Assembly: GCA_031459535.1 (NCBI GenBank)
Contig: JAVKIJ010000012.1
Coordinates: 1-51,144, forward strand
Direction: 5' to 3'
Source: Candidatus Fervidifonticultor quintus
GTDB taxonomy: Bacteria > Sysuimicrobiota > Sysuimicrobiia > Sysuimicrobiales > Humicultoraceae
DNA: 51,144 nucleotides
Shown here: positions 1-9,982 of the stretch, one piece after another
How the letters are laid out: each line of letters starts with the position of its first letter
Position numbering within the stretch: the first letter of the stretch is position 1
The notes under the pieces: model-generated
Seen by the model: the letters and a program-made list of their open reading frames with translations, nothing else
What the model was told of the DNA's origin: nothing
The model's database searches: none
Position numbers and translations under genes: made by a program

Positions 1-35
1 AGCGCCACATTAGCCAGGGCGGTCAGGTATTCCAC
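1..35 (-). CDS. 5' end of a probable second ABC transporter permease (runs off the window)
   Basis: GTG at 35 preceded by a GGAGGGGG RBS; reads MEYLTALANVA... BMP-type nucleoside ABC operons typically carry two permeases. Confidence 0.6.
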   Translation of the reverse strand, partial: MEYLTALANVA

Positions 36-39
36 AGCC

Positions 40-1182
40 CTATCCCCCTCCAGCCGCAACGGCCGCGGAGGGCCCGGTCACGAGCCGTTCGGCCTCGCGT
101 TTGCGCTGCGCGCGGAGGTAGCGGGTGAGGAGTTCATAGCCCACCACGATGGCCAGGATGATCACGGCCTGGAGAATGGTGATGACTTCCCGGGGGACGC
201 CCGCGAAGACCTGCACCCCCTGGGCGCCCCGGTCCAGGAAGCCGAAGAGCAACGCCGACGGGATGATTCCCAGGGGATTGTTGCGGGCCAGCAGCGCCAC
301 CGAGATACCCAGGAACCCGAGCCCCTTGGGAAAGTCGATGTCGAAGTAGCCGAAGAAGCCAAGGATGTCAGACAGTCCCACCACACCGGCGACCGCGCCA
401 CTTGCCATGAACATGACGAACCGGATGCGGTCCAGGCTCACGCCGGCGGCTTCGGCCGCATCGGGGTTGAAGGCCGTGGCACGTACCTCGTAGCCGAAAC
501 GTGTTCGCGCCAGCCACACCGAGGCGGCTACGCACAGGAACACACCTACCGGGAAGAACCAGTTCAAGGCCGAGTGTTCGGGGATGCCCGCGCCAACCCG
601 ATTGAGGAGCGGGCCGAGCGGCGGTACCAGCGCGCTGGGCTCGAACAGGGGGGTCCGCACCCGCGGGGTGCCGGCCTGCGTGGGGTCGCGGAAGACGTCG
701 GCCAGCAGGTAGAGCACGACCGCGCCTGCGATGTAGTTCATCATGATGGTGGTGATGACTTCGTGGGCGCCTCGGCGCAGCTTCAGCGCAATGGGGGCGA
801 ACGCCCACAGGGCTCCCGCGGCGATCGCGGCCAGGACGGCCAGGGGCAGGTGGATCACAGCCGGCAGGCCGCGCACAGCAAAGCCGACGTAGGCCGCCGC
901 GAAGGCACCGATATAGTACTGCCCCTCTACCCCGATGTTCCACACGTTGGCCCGGAACGACAGCGCCACGGCCAGCCCCGCGAAGAGGAGCGGCGTCGCC
1001 TTGAAGAGGATGGCGGCCACGCTGTCCGCTCGCGTCAGGCTGAACCGGACCATGGTGCTATAGACCTGGGCAGGATCCCGCCCGATGGCCAGCATGATCC
1101 CGGCGGCCACGAGCGCACCGAACCCGATGGCCAGCAGCGGCGCGAGCACCTGCAAGAGTCCCAGGCGCCAGCGGGCGCTCAC
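40..1182 (-). CDS. Nucleoside/sugar ABC transporter permease (BPD_transp_2 family)
   Basis: Multi-TM protein with NIGVEGQ, HEVITTIMMNY and GFLGISVALLARNNP motifs; start overlaps the ATPase stop. Confidence 0.92.
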   Translation of the reverse strand: MSARWRLGLLQVLAPLLAIGFGALVAAGIMLAIGRDPAQVYSTMVRFSLTRADSVAAILFKATPLLFAGLAVALSFRANVWNIGVEGQYYIGAFAAAYVGFAVRGLPAVIHLPLAVLAAIAAGALWAFAPIALKLRRGAHEVITTIMMNYIAGAVVLYLLADVFRDPTQAGTPRVRTPLFEPSALVPPLGPLLNRVGAGIPEHSALNWFFPVGVFLCVAASVWLARTRFGYEVRATAFNPDAAEAAGVSLDRIRFVMFMASGAVAGVVGLSDILGFFGYFDIDFPKGLGFLGISVALLARNNPLGIIPSALLFGFLDRGAQGVQVFAGVPREVITILQAVIILAIVVGYELLTRYLRAQRKREAERLVTGPSAAVAAGGG

Positions 1183-2705
1183 GCGGTGGCCTCCCGGGGC
1201 CGCCGGGCACCGGTCATGTAGAGACCGATCTCTCGCAACGAGGCCTGCCCGCGGCCGACCTCGGCGGTCAGGCGGCCGGCGTGGATGACACCGATGCGGT
1301 CGGCCAGGGACAGGATCTCGTCGAGCGCTGCCGAGATCAACACCACCGCCATGCCGCTGGCCCTGGCTGCCAGCAGCTGACGGCGGACGAATTCGGTTGC
1401 GCCGATATCCAGCCCCCGCGTCGGCTGGACGGCAATCAGCACCGTGGGGTCAAACCCGAACTCACGGGCCACGACCACCTTCTGTTGATTTCCACCCGAC
1501 AGGGCCAGGACCGGCGTGGCGAGCGAGGGCGTGCGCACGTCGAACCGCGCCACCCGCTCCCTGGCGAACTCTGCCACCGCTGCCCGGTCGAGGATGGCGC
1601 CCCGGCCGAAGACCCGGCGCGTGTGGTGTCCCAGGATGAGGTTCGCCCAGACCTCCATGGGGAGGACCAGTCCGCGGCGGTGGCGGTCCTCTGGGATGTG
1701 GGCCACCCCCAGCGCCTTGATGCCCCGCACGCCAGCACGGGTCACGTCCTGGCCCCTGATGATCACGCGGCCGGAGACCAGCGGGCGCAGGCCGACCAGT
1801 GCCTCGGCGAGCTCAGACTGGCCGTTGCCTTCAACGCCGGCGATCCCGTAGATCTCGCCGCTGCGGACCTCGAATGACACTCCCCGTACCGCTGGCCGAC
1901 CCCGCGGGCCGGCCACCACGGCGTCCACCACCTGCAGCTGGATGGGGCCGGGTTCAACCGGCTCCACCGGGAGGTCCATCAGCACCGGGCGTCCCACCAT
2001 CATCCCGGCGATCCGTGCCTTGGTCGCACCCGATGCGGGCACCGTGCCGACCACTCTACCGGCGCGGAGCACCGTGATCCGGTCGGCGATGGCCAGTACT
2101 TCCTCCAGGATGTGGCTGATGAAGATGACGGTCTTCTCCTCGGCGCGGAGTCGCCGCAGGTTCGCAAAGAGGTCGTCCACTTCCTGGGGGGTCAGCACCG
2201 CGGTGGGCTCGTCCAGGATGAGGACCTCGGCGCCGCGGTAGAGCACCTTGATGATCTCGACGCGCTGCTGCTCACCTACGGACAGGCTGGCCACCTCCGC
2301 GTCGGGGTCCACGACCAGGCCGTACTGGTGGGCCAGGGCGGCGATCCGCGCCCGCGCGTCGGCCAACCGCAGCCGTCCCAGATGCGCTGGCTCCTGCCCC
2401 AGGATCACGTTCTCGGCCACAGTGAACCTCGGAATGAGCATGAAGTGCTGGTGGACCATCCCGATGCCCAACGCAATCGCCGCGCGCGCGTCGCTGAGCA
2501 CCACGCGCCTGCCGCGAACAGCGATGGTCCCATCGTCGGGCTGGTAGAGCCCGTAGAGGATCTTCATGAGCGTAGACTTCCCCGCACCGTTCTCGCCCAC
2601 GATGGCGTGGATCTCGCCTGGCGCCACCGCCAGCGAGATGCGGTCGTTGGCCAGGACGCCCGGGAATCGCTTGGTGATGCCGGACAGTTCGACGACGGGG
2701 ATCAT
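1179..2705 (-). CDS. Nucleoside/sugar ABC transporter ATP-binding protein (tandem ABC domains, CUT2/NupA-like)
   Basis: Walker A GENGAGKST, ILDEPTAVLT, second-domain signature LSGGNQQK and QPTRGLD. Confidence 0.95.
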   Translation of the reverse strand: MIPVVELSGITKRFPGVLANDRISLAVAPGEIHAIVGENGAGKSTLMKILYGLYQPDDGTIAVRGRRVVLSDARAAIALGIGMVHQHFMLIPRFTVAENVILGQEPAHLGRLRLADARARIAALAHQYGLVVDPDAEVASLSVGEQQRVEIIKVLYRGAEVLILDEPTAVLTPQEVDDLFANLRRLRAEEKTVIFISHILEEVLAIADRITVLRAGRVVGTVPASGATKARIAGMMVGRPVLMDLPVEPVEPGPIQLQVVDAVVAGPRGRPAVRGVSFEVRSGEIYGIAGVEGNGQSELAEALVGLRPLVSGRVIIRGQDVTRAGVRGIKALGVAHIPEDRHRRGLVLPMEVWANLILGHHTRRVFGRGAILDRAAVAEFARERVARFDVRTPSLATPVLALSGGNQQKVVVAREFGFDPTVLIAVQPTRGLDIGATEFVRRQLLAARASGMAVVLISAALDEILSLADRIGVIHAGRLTAEVGRGQASLREIGLYMTGARRPREATA

Positions 2706-2750
2706 GAGGGCCTGGGGGGCGGCGAGGTACCGCCCCCCCCGGACGGCCAG

Positions 2751-3815
2751 CTACTGCCTGAGGCGCTTGACGAACTCTTCGAGCTGCTTGCGGTCCGACG
2801 GCACCTTGATCTTGCCCGCGATGATGTCACGCTTCACTGCCTCGAGGCGCGGCACGATGTCTTTCATCAATTCGCGGTTGTACTGGTTCACGGCGTAGCC
2901 GACGCCGCCCTCCCGCAGGCCGAAGCCATGGACACCGGCCTTGTATTGGTTGTTGACCAGATCCTTGATGGTCTCGTAGACGGCGACGTCCACGCGCTTC
3001 ATCATGCTGGTGAGGATCCGCGCCCGCTGGTCAGGCTTGGCCGTCAGCGACTGATCGGCGTCCACCCCGATGGCCCACTTGGCCTTGGCGACCGCCGCCT
3101 CGAAGACGCCGATGCCCGTCCCGCCCGATGCGTGGTAGATGATGTCGGCGCCTCGGTCATACTGCGCCGTTGCCAGCTCCTTGCCCTTGACAGGGTCACG
3201 GAAGGCTTCTCCCGTCGTGCCTGCGTAGTCCGAGAACACGGTGATGGACGGCTTGATGTACTTGGCGCCGGCGATGTAGCCTGCCTCGAATTTCTCTATG
3301 AGCGGGATCTTCATGCCGCCCACGAAGCCGATCTTGCCGCTCTTGGACTTGAGGGCCGCCGCCGCGCCCACGAGGAACGAGCCTTCGTGCTCGTTGAACA
3401 GCAGGCTGGCCACGTTGGGTTCCTTGTCGATGAACCCGTCCACGATGCCGAACTTGACCCCCCGAAACTGCCGGGCGACCCGGGTGATGCTGTCCGTGAA
3501 CAGGAACCCGATCCCGAAGATCAGGTCGTACCTCTCCCCGGCCAGGAGACGGAGCAGCTCCTCGCGGTTCTCGCCTCCTGCGGTCGGCTCCAGGTCCTTG
3601 ACCTCCACCCTGCCGGCAAAGTCCTTCTGGGCCCTGGACAGGCCCGCGTAGGCCATGTCGTTGAACGACAGGTCTCCGCGCCCGCCGACGTCGTAGACCA
3701 TGCCGACACGCAGCTTCTTCACTTGCGCCGTCGCCGGCGGGGTCGCCGCCACAAGCAGCAGGCCGACGCAGAACACGGTGGCCAGCGACGCCGCGCGCAC
3801 CGCGACGTGCTTCAT
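2751..3815 (-). CDS. BMP family (PnrA/TmpC-like) ABC substrate-binding protein, probably for nucleosides
   Basis: DVGGRGDLSFND, FNEHEGSFLVG and AIGVDADQ motifs, plus a signal peptide. ATG at 3815 follows a purine-rich RBS (alternative ATG at 3836); the track start at 4013 lies inside ftsK. Confidence 0.92.
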   Translation of the reverse strand: MKHVAVRAASLATVFCVGLLLVAATPPATAQVKKLRVGMVYDVGGRGDLSFNDMAYAGLSRAQKDFAGRVEVKDLEPTAGGENREELLRLLAGERYDLIFGIGFLFTDSITRVARQFRGVKFGIVDGFIDKEPNVASLLFNEHEGSFLVGAAAALKSKSGKIGFVGGMKIPLIEKFEAGYIAGAKYIKPSITVFSDYAGTTGEAFRDPVKGKELATAQYDRGADIIYHASGGTGIGVFEAAVAKAKWAIGVDADQSLTAKPDQRARILTSMMKRVDVAVYETIKDLVNNQYKAGVHGFGLREGGVGYAVNQYNRELMKDIVPRLEAVKRDIIAGKIKVPSDRKQLEEFVKRLRQ

Positions 3816-3897
3816 GCTCTCCACCCCTCTCTTCATCTGCAGTCTGGCTGGACGAGTGATACTTCTGGTCGGGAGCGCGCCACTCCTCCGGGCTCGG

Positions 3898-6183
3898 CTA
3901 CGAGGCGCTCTTGCGCCGGAACATCTGCTCGAGCTGATCGAGACCGATGAGCACTTCGCGCGGGTTGCTGCCTTGCACCGGACCCACGATCCCCCGCGCC
4001 TCCAGCTCATCAATGAGGCGGGCGGCCGTGACGTAGCCGATTCGCATCTTTCGCTGCAACAGGGACACGGACCCGTATCCGGACCGGACCACGAGGCGGG
4101 CAGCCTCCATCAACCGCTCGCCGTCCGCGTGTTCCTCTGCCGGTGCCGACCGCTGCGCCTCCACCAGCTGCCGGTCATACGCGGGAGCACCTTGCTGCCG
4201 CCACCAGTCCACGATCCTCCGGATCTCGTCGTCGGCGACGTAGGCTCCCTGTGCTCGAATGGCGCGGGAGGCGCCCAGGGGCAGGAACAACATGTCGCCC
4301 CGTCCCAACAACTTCTCCGCGCCGGTGGTGTCGAGAATGGTCCGGCTGTCAACCTGGCTCGAGACGGCGAATGCCAGCCGTGACGGGATGTTGGCCTTGA
4401 TCAGACCGGTGATGACGTCCACCGACGGGCGCTGGGTGGCGACCACCAGGTGGATGCCGGTCGCCCGGGTCATCTGGGCCAGCCGGCAGATGATGTCCTC
4501 GAAGTCGGCCGGCGCCACCATCATCAGGTCGGCCAGCTCATCGATGATGATGACGATGTAGTACAGCGGCTCCACATCGGTCCGCTGGTTGTAGCTCTGG
4601 ATGTTGCGCGCGCCGATCTGGGCGAACGCTTCGAAGCGCTGCTCCATGATGCGCAGCATGTCCTTGAGCACGCTGGCCGCCTGGCGGGGGTTGGTCACCA
4701 CCGGGGTCAGCAGGTGCGGGATCTCGTTGTAGTCCGTGAGCTCGACCCGCTTGGGATCGATCATCACCAACCGGACCTGCTGCGGTGTGCAGCGGAAGAG
4801 GAGGCTGGCGATCATGGCGTTGAGCGCCACCGACTTGCCCGAGCCTGTGGCACCAGCGATCAGCAGGTGGGGCATCTCGGTGAGGTCGGCCACGACCGGG
4901 TGGCCGGCGATGTCCTTGCCGATGGCCACCACCAGTGGCCCGGGAGCCTTCTGGAATGCCTCAGAGGCCAGGATCTCCCGGAGGTGGACCAGGCTCGCCT
5001 TCTGATTGGGCAGCTCAATGCCCACGGCGGACTTGCCCGGGATCGGCGCCTCGATCCGCACGCTCTGGGCGGCCAGGTTCAACGCGATGTCATTGGTGAG
5101 GCTGGTGATCTTCTGGACCTTCACGCCAGGATCGGGCTGTACCTCGAACCGGGTGACCACCGGCCCGACCTCCCAGTTCACCACCTTGACCCTGACCCCG
5201 AAGCTCTCCAGTGTCTGCTCCAGCGCCCGGGCGGTGTCAGCGGGATCGATGCGCGCCCTCCCGCGGCCACCGTTGGCGTCGCCAAGGATAGACTGGGGCG
5301 GGAGGCGGTAGTCTGCAGCCGCGAACGCTAGCCGCTCCTGTCCGGGGCCCGACTCCTGCCTGCCAGTCTGACGCCTCATCCGTCGGTCCCGGGCGTCTGC
5401 CTGCGGGGCCGGCCCTGGCCCGAGGTTCTCCGAGAGGGCCAGGGGCCCGGCCGTCGGGGTCTGGACCGGGGCCCCGGCCGCCTCGTCCGGTACGCCAGCA
5501 TGCCTGATCTGTTGGCCGGCCGGTGCGGGGATCGCCCCGGGCTGCGCCGGGCGGGCGGTCATCGCCCGCAAGCTCCCTGCGACGAGCTGGCCGAGGCCCC
5601 TAACGGCCGCCGCGACCAGACGAGCGAGGCTGACCATGGAGAGCTGTGCCACTCGCCGCAGCAGCCTCGCCGCCGCCACCGCGACCGCCACGAGGAAGCC
5701 CGCTGCCAGCCGCAAGCTGCCTCCCAGAGAGGTCGTCGTGACTCCCGCCAGCAGCGCAAGGCCGCCCAGGCCGAGCAGGGCGACTGTGGCATACAGCCCT
5801 ACGGGGCCCAACAGCCGCGCGGTCCAGCCGGCCAGGGCCCGGCCGATCAGACCGGCCCCTGCGCCTCGCGGCCCGGCGCCAGCCCCGACGTGCACCGCCA
5901 TGAGCGCGGCGATGCTTGCCAGCGCGACCCCGGCCACGGGCCGGCGGAGGCGCGCCCGCTGGTCGGAAGCGATGAGCACGGACCCAGCCACAAGTACGTA
6001 GACCGGCAGGGCCGGCGCCGCCACCCCGAACAGGCGCCTCTGCCACCACGCCAGAGTCAGCGGCAGGCCGGTCGCCCCTGGCAGGAACGAGAGGCCGAGG
6101 AGCAGGGCCAGCAGCAGCAGTGCCAGGCCGGCGGCGGCCCTCCGGTTGCGCGCAACACGGCGCTGGTCGCGACGGCGCGCCAT
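3898..6183 (-). CDS. ftsK: DNA translocase FtsK/SpoIIIE
   Basis: N-terminal TM segments, PHLLIAGATGSGKS Walker A, IIDELADLMM, ATQRPSVD and gamma-domain SLLQRKMRIGY. ATG at 6183 follows GAGGTAGGAG. Confidence 0.95.
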   Translation of the reverse strand: MARRRDQRRVARNRRAAAGLALLLLALLLGLSFLPGATGLPLTLAWWQRRLFGVAAPALPVYVLVAGSVLIASDQRARLRRPVAGVALASIAALMAVHVGAGAGPRGAGAGLIGRALAGWTARLLGPVGLYATVALLGLGGLALLAGVTTTSLGGSLRLAAGFLVAVAVAAARLLRRVAQLSMVSLARLVAAAVRGLGQLVAGSLRAMTARPAQPGAIPAPAGQQIRHAGVPDEAAGAPVQTPTAGPLALSENLGPGPAPQADARDRRMRRQTGRQESGPGQERLAFAAADYRLPPQSILGDANGGRGRARIDPADTARALEQTLESFGVRVKVVNWEVGPVVTRFEVQPDPGVKVQKITSLTNDIALNLAAQSVRIEAPIPGKSAVGIELPNQKASLVHLREILASEAFQKAPGPLVVAIGKDIAGHPVVADLTEMPHLLIAGATGSGKSVALNAMIASLLFRCTPQQVRLVMIDPKRVELTDYNEIPHLLTPVVTNPRQAASVLKDMLRIMEQRFEAFAQIGARNIQSYNQRTDVEPLYYIVIIIDELADLMMVAPADFEDIICRLAQMTRATGIHLVVATQRPSVDVITGLIKANIPSRLAFAVSSQVDSRTILDTTGAEKLLGRGDMLFLPLGASRAIRAQGAYVADDEIRRIVDWWRQQGAPAYDRQLVEAQRSAPAEEHADGERLMEAARLVVRSGYGSVSLLQRKMRIGYVTAARLIDELEARGIVGPVQGSNPREVLIGLDQLEQMFRRKSAS

Positions 6184-6188
6184 GGCTC

Positions 6189-7001
6189 CTACCTCACCGT
6201 GAGCAGCACGGCCACTGCCGCCGCCCAACAGTACGCCGAGAACCACGCGAGTCGACCACGCCTGACCACGTCCAGTAACCAGGCGATGGCCAACCCGCCA
6301 CTCGCGGCGGCAACCAGTCCGCCAAGCGCCAGCGGTCCGGGTCCAAGTCCCACCTCCGCGGCCTGGCCCAGGTCCTTCAGCGAGAAGATCCCGGCCCCCA
6401 CGATGGCCGGAATCGCCATCAGGAACGAGAAACGGGCGGCTTCCGCCCGCCGCAGCCCCAGCAGGAGCCCGGTCACGATGGTCGTGCCCGAGCGCGAGAT
6501 CCCCGGGATAATGCTCACAGCCTGCGCCACGCCCAGCGCGATGCCTTCGTGCCAACGCACGTCGGTGGCGGCCCGGGCCCCTCGCTCGCGGCTCCACAGC
6601 AGGATGAGGCCTGTGATCATCAATTGCCCGGCCGTGGCGCGAACCTCCCTCGGCCCAGACCCGAACAGGCTTTCCAGCCACCCTTCAAACAGCAGACCCA
6701 AACCGGCCGTGACCGCTGTGGCGATGGCGATAGCCGCCAGCAACCGGCGATCCGCAGCCGCTCCATTCTCTGCAGATGGCCGAACGAGCAGGGCGGGCGC
6801 GATCCGCACCAGCCGGATCACGTCAGGCCAGAACATGACCGCCGCTGCCGTGGCGGTGCCCAGGTGCAGGACAGCCTCCAACACCAAGCCGGGGCGCGGG
6901 ATACCCAGGTAGTGCTCCGCAAACAAGAGGTGAGCGGTGCTGCTGACGGGAAGAAACTCTGTCAGGCCCTGGACGAGCCCCAGCACAACCAGTCCGAGCA
7001 C
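6189..7001 (-). CDS. uppP: Undecaprenyl-diphosphate phosphatase BacA/UppP
   Basis: QGLTEFLPVSSTAH and PGISRSG motifs; hydrophobic protein. Confidence 0.95.
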   Translation of the reverse strand: MLGLVVLGLVQGLTEFLPVSSTAHLLFAEHYLGIPRPGLVLEAVLHLGTATAAAVMFWPDVIRLVRIAPALLVRPSAENGAAADRRLLAAIAIATAVTAGLGLLFEGWLESLFGSGPREVRATAGQLMITGLILLWSRERGARAATDVRWHEGIALGVAQAVSIIPGISRSGTTIVTGLLLGLRRAEAARFSFLMAIPAIVGAGIFSLKDLGQAAEVGLGPGPLALGGLVAAASGGLAIAWLLDVVRRGRLAWFSAYCWAAAVAVLLTVR

Positions 7002-7066
7002 GATCGCGCTCCCACGGATGCCACGTCGAGATGACCGATCGCTGCCACGACGCGCGCTCTTGGCCT

Positions 7067-7095
7067 ATCGTACGTCCGTTCGCCGGGGTCGTCAA
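7067..7095 (-). promoter_or_regulatory. Sigma70-type promoter for uppP-ftsK
   Basis: Minus strand TTGACG-17 nt-TACGAT in the dapA-uppP gap. Confidence 0.65.
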
Positions 7096-7123
7096 CGCCC
7101 CCCGCCCGATCGCCGGTGTTGCC

Positions 7124-8017
7124 CTACGCCATCGCCGGCACCAGGTCCAGCGCGGCCAGCACGACCCGGATCTGTTCCTCTTCCTTGGGCGTGGCGTCCA
7201 CCAGTGGCAACCGGACGCGGCCGCAGTCAAAACCCACCAGGCGCATGGCGCACTTCACCGGCACCGGGTTGGTCGTGATGAAGAGCACCTTGAACAGCGG
7301 CCACAGCCGACGGTGAATTCCCAGCGCCTCCGCCACGCGGCCCTCGAGGAACGCCCGGATCATCTGCTGGATGGGCCGCGCGGTGATGTTGCCAGCCACG
7401 CTGACCACGCCCACGGCGCCCACAGCCAACTTGGGCAACGTCAGGCTGTCGTCCCCGCTGTAGATCAGGAACTGGTCCGGGGTCCGCACCCGGATCTCGG
7501 AGACCTGGTCGAGGCTCCCGGCGGCCTCCTTGACTGCGACGATGTTGGGAATCTGCGCAAGGCGCGCGATCGTCTCCGGCGTGCAGTTGACGCCGGTCCG
7601 GCTCGGGATGTTGTACAGCATGACCGGCAACGGCGTGCTCTCAGCCACGGCGCGGAAGTGGGCGTACAGACCGTCCTGGGACGGTCGGTTGTAGTAGGGG
7701 TTCACCAGGAGCAGCCCGTCGGCGCCGGCCCGGTGCGCTTCCTGCGAGAGGTGAATGGAGTGGGCGGTGTCATACGTGCCCGTCCCGGCGATCACCTTGC
7801 CCGCATCTCCCACGGCGTCCTTGACCGCGCGGAACAGCCTGATCTTCTCCTCGTCAGAGAGCGTCGGGGACTCACCGGTCGTCCCGGCGACCACCAGCGC
7901 ATCACTGCCGTCTTCGATCAGACGCCGGGCCAGCGTGGCTGCCTTCGCGTAGTCCACCTCGCCGCCAGCGTCAAACGGCGTCACCATCGCCGTGACCACG
8001 TGCCCGAAGAGCGCCAT
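7124..8017 (-). CDS. dapA: 4-hydroxy-tetrahydrodipicolinate synthase
   Basis: GTTGESPTL, YNIPSRTG, catalytic Lys in AVKEA, YSGDD and NPVPVK. Confidence 0.95.
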   Translation of the reverse strand: MALFGHVVTAMVTPFDAGGEVDYAKAATLARRLIEDGSDALVVAGTTGESPTLSDEEKIRLFRAVKDAVGDAGKVIAGTGTYDTAHSIHLSQEAHRAGADGLLLVNPYYNRPSQDGLYAHFRAVAESTPLPVMLYNIPSRTGVNCTPETIARLAQIPNIVAVKEAAGSLDQVSEIRVRTPDQFLIYSGDDSLTLPKLAVGAVGVVSVAGNITARPIQQMIRAFLEGRVAEALGIHRRLWPLFKVLFITTNPVPVKCAMRLVGFDCGRVRLPLVDATPKEEEQIRVVLAALDLVPAMA

Positions 8018-8033
8018 CGCCCTGCCTCCTTCC

Positions 8034-9098
8034 CTACGGTGTCGCGGCCCGCAGTCGGCCGCGCAGGCCGTCCAGCTGGATCAGGTGCTCACAGATCTGG
8101 ATGGCATTGAGCGCCGCACCCTTGCGCAGGTTGTCCGAGGCCACCACCAGGCGCAGCCCGCAGGGGTCGAACCGATCAGACCGGATGCGGCCGACAAACA
8201 CCGGGTCCCGGCCGGCTGCCAGCTGCGGCGTGGGCACCTGATCCCGGGCCGGGTCGTCCACCACCTCGACGCCCGGAAACGCCGCCAGCACGCCGCGAGC
8301 TTCCTCGGGCGCCATCGCGCGGTCCAGATCGAGGTGCACGACCAGCGTGTGCCCCACCAGCACCGGGACCCGCATGGTGGTCACGCTCACAGGGATGTCG
8401 GCCTCCAGGATCTTTCGGGTCTCCGCGACCACCTTGGCCTCCTCCTCGGTGTCGCCGTCGGGTTGCCACTTCCACTGGGGCCGCACGTTGAAGGCCACGG
8501 GGTTGGCGGCGCCCGCCGCGGCGCTGATGCGCTCCAGATCGCCCTGCTCGAGGGCTTCCGGATCCCCAAGCAGTCCCCGGGTGTGATCCAGCAAGGCGCG
8601 CATGTTGTCCAGGCCGCCGCCGGAGACCGACTGGTACGTGGCGACGATGCATCGGCGGATTCCCGCAGCATCGTGAATGGGCTTAAGTGCCATCACCAGC
8701 GCCGCCGTGGTGCAGTTGGGATTGGCGATCAGGCCTTGGTGGCGCTGCAGCGCGCAGCCGTTCACTTCGGGCACCACCAGTGGGACACGCGGGTCCATTC
8801 TCCAGGTGGACGAGTTGTCGACGGCGACCGCACCTCGTTCCGCCACCCCCCAGGCGTATCGCCGGCTGGCGTCGTCGCCGCCCGCGAACAGGACGAGATC
8901 CGCCTCAAGGACCCGGTCGCTCGTCTCCTCCACTGTCACGGGCAGCCCGCGGAAGGCGATCGTCCTGCCCGCCGATCGGGCGGTGGCATACAGTCGAAGG
9001 GTACCTACCGGGAAGCGCCGCTCCTCGAGGACTCGGACCATGGCGCCGCCGACAACCCCGGTCGCACCGACGACGGCCACCTGCAGGTGTGATGACAC
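8034..9098 (-). CDS. asd: Aspartate-semialdehyde dehydrogenase
   Basis: GATGVVG, DNSSTWRM, ANPNCTT (catalytic Cys), YQSVSG and DNLRKGAALNA. Confidence 0.95.
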   Translation of the reverse strand: MSSHLQVAVVGATGVVGGAMVRVLEERRFPVGTLRLYATARSAGRTIAFRGLPVTVEETSDRVLEADLVLFAGGDDASRRYAWGVAERGAVAVDNSSTWRMDPRVPLVVPEVNGCALQRHQGLIANPNCTTAALVMALKPIHDAAGIRRCIVATYQSVSGGGLDNMRALLDHTRGLLGDPEALEQGDLERISAAAGAANPVAFNVRPQWKWQPDGDTEEEAKVVAETRKILEADIPVSVTTMRVPVLVGHTLVVHLDLDRAMAPEEARGVLAAFPGVEVVDDPARDQVPTPQLAAGRDPVFVGRIRSDRFDPCGLRLVVASDNLRKGAALNAIQICEHLIQLDGLRGRLRAATP

Positions 9099-9117
9099 GT
9101 GTGCTCTCCTCCGGGAT

Positions 9118-9924
9118 TTACCGCAATCCTAGCAGATGCTCTAACCCGTAGACCAGTCCCTGGAGTCCTCCCACGCGGCGAATCGCCAGGAGCATCCCCG
9201 GCATGAATGACTCCTCGCCAAGAGAGTCGTGCCGGATGGTGAGGATCTGGCCCGGGCCGCCGAAGATCACCTCCTGGTGGGCGATCAGTCCCGGGAGACG
9301 AACGCTGTGCACCCGCACGCCATCGCTCTGCCCGCCCCGGACGCCGGTCACCAGTTCCTCCTCGGTCACCGCCTGCGGTGGTGCCGCACCCCGTTCCGCA
9401 GCGATGAGCCGCGCAGTCTTAACGGCGGTGCCGGACGGCGCGTCGCGCTTGCGATCGTGGTGGAGCTCGATGATCTCCACGTGGGGCATGAACCGGCTCG
9501 CCACTCGGCAGAACTCCATCATCAGCACGGCGCCGATGGCGAAGTTGGGTGCCACGACGGCGCCGAGCCTGCGCTCGGCGGCAGTGACGGTCAGGCGCGC
9601 GAGATCATCGGCCCCGAGGCCGGTGCTCCCGACCACGGGTCGCACGCCGGTCTCAAGGGCGGCCTGGGCATGCTCGGCGGCCACGCGCCCCGGCGCGAAC
9701 TCTACCAGTACCTGGGGCTGCGCGGCCAGCGCCGCGTGGATGTCGGCGGCAACGCGGACGTCCAGGCGTCCCACGCCGGCCACCTCGCCCACGTCTTCTC
9801 CAATGGCGCGCTCGTGCCCGACTGCGGCCACCAGCACCAGGTCAGACTCCCTGACGATGGCACGCACCGCGGCGCGCCCCATGCGCCCTGCCGCCCCACT
9901 GACGGCGACACGAATGCGATCCAC
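9118..9924 (-). CDS. dapB: 4-hydroxy-tetrahydrodipicolinate reductase
   Basis: GAAGRMG, APNFAIG and ELHHDRKRDAPSGTA signature. Confidence 0.95.
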   Translation of the reverse strand: MDRIRVAVSGAAGRMGRAAVRAIVRESDLVLVAAVGHERAIGEDVGEVAGVGRLDVRVAADIHAALAAQPQVLVEFAPGRVAAEHAQAALETGVRPVVGSTGLGADDLARLTVTAAERRLGAVVAPNFAIGAVLMMEFCRVASRFMPHVEIIELHHDRKRDAPSGTAVKTARLIAAERGAAPPQAVTEEELVTGVRGGQSDGVRVHSVRLPGLIAHQEVIFGGPGQILTIRHDSLGEESFMPGMLLAIRRVGGLQGLVYGLEHLLGLR

Positions 9925-9982
9925 AGCAGAGGGGCTTCGACGCGGGAGCGCCTTCTCCCCTTGTGGCGGGAGCGGCGGCTGT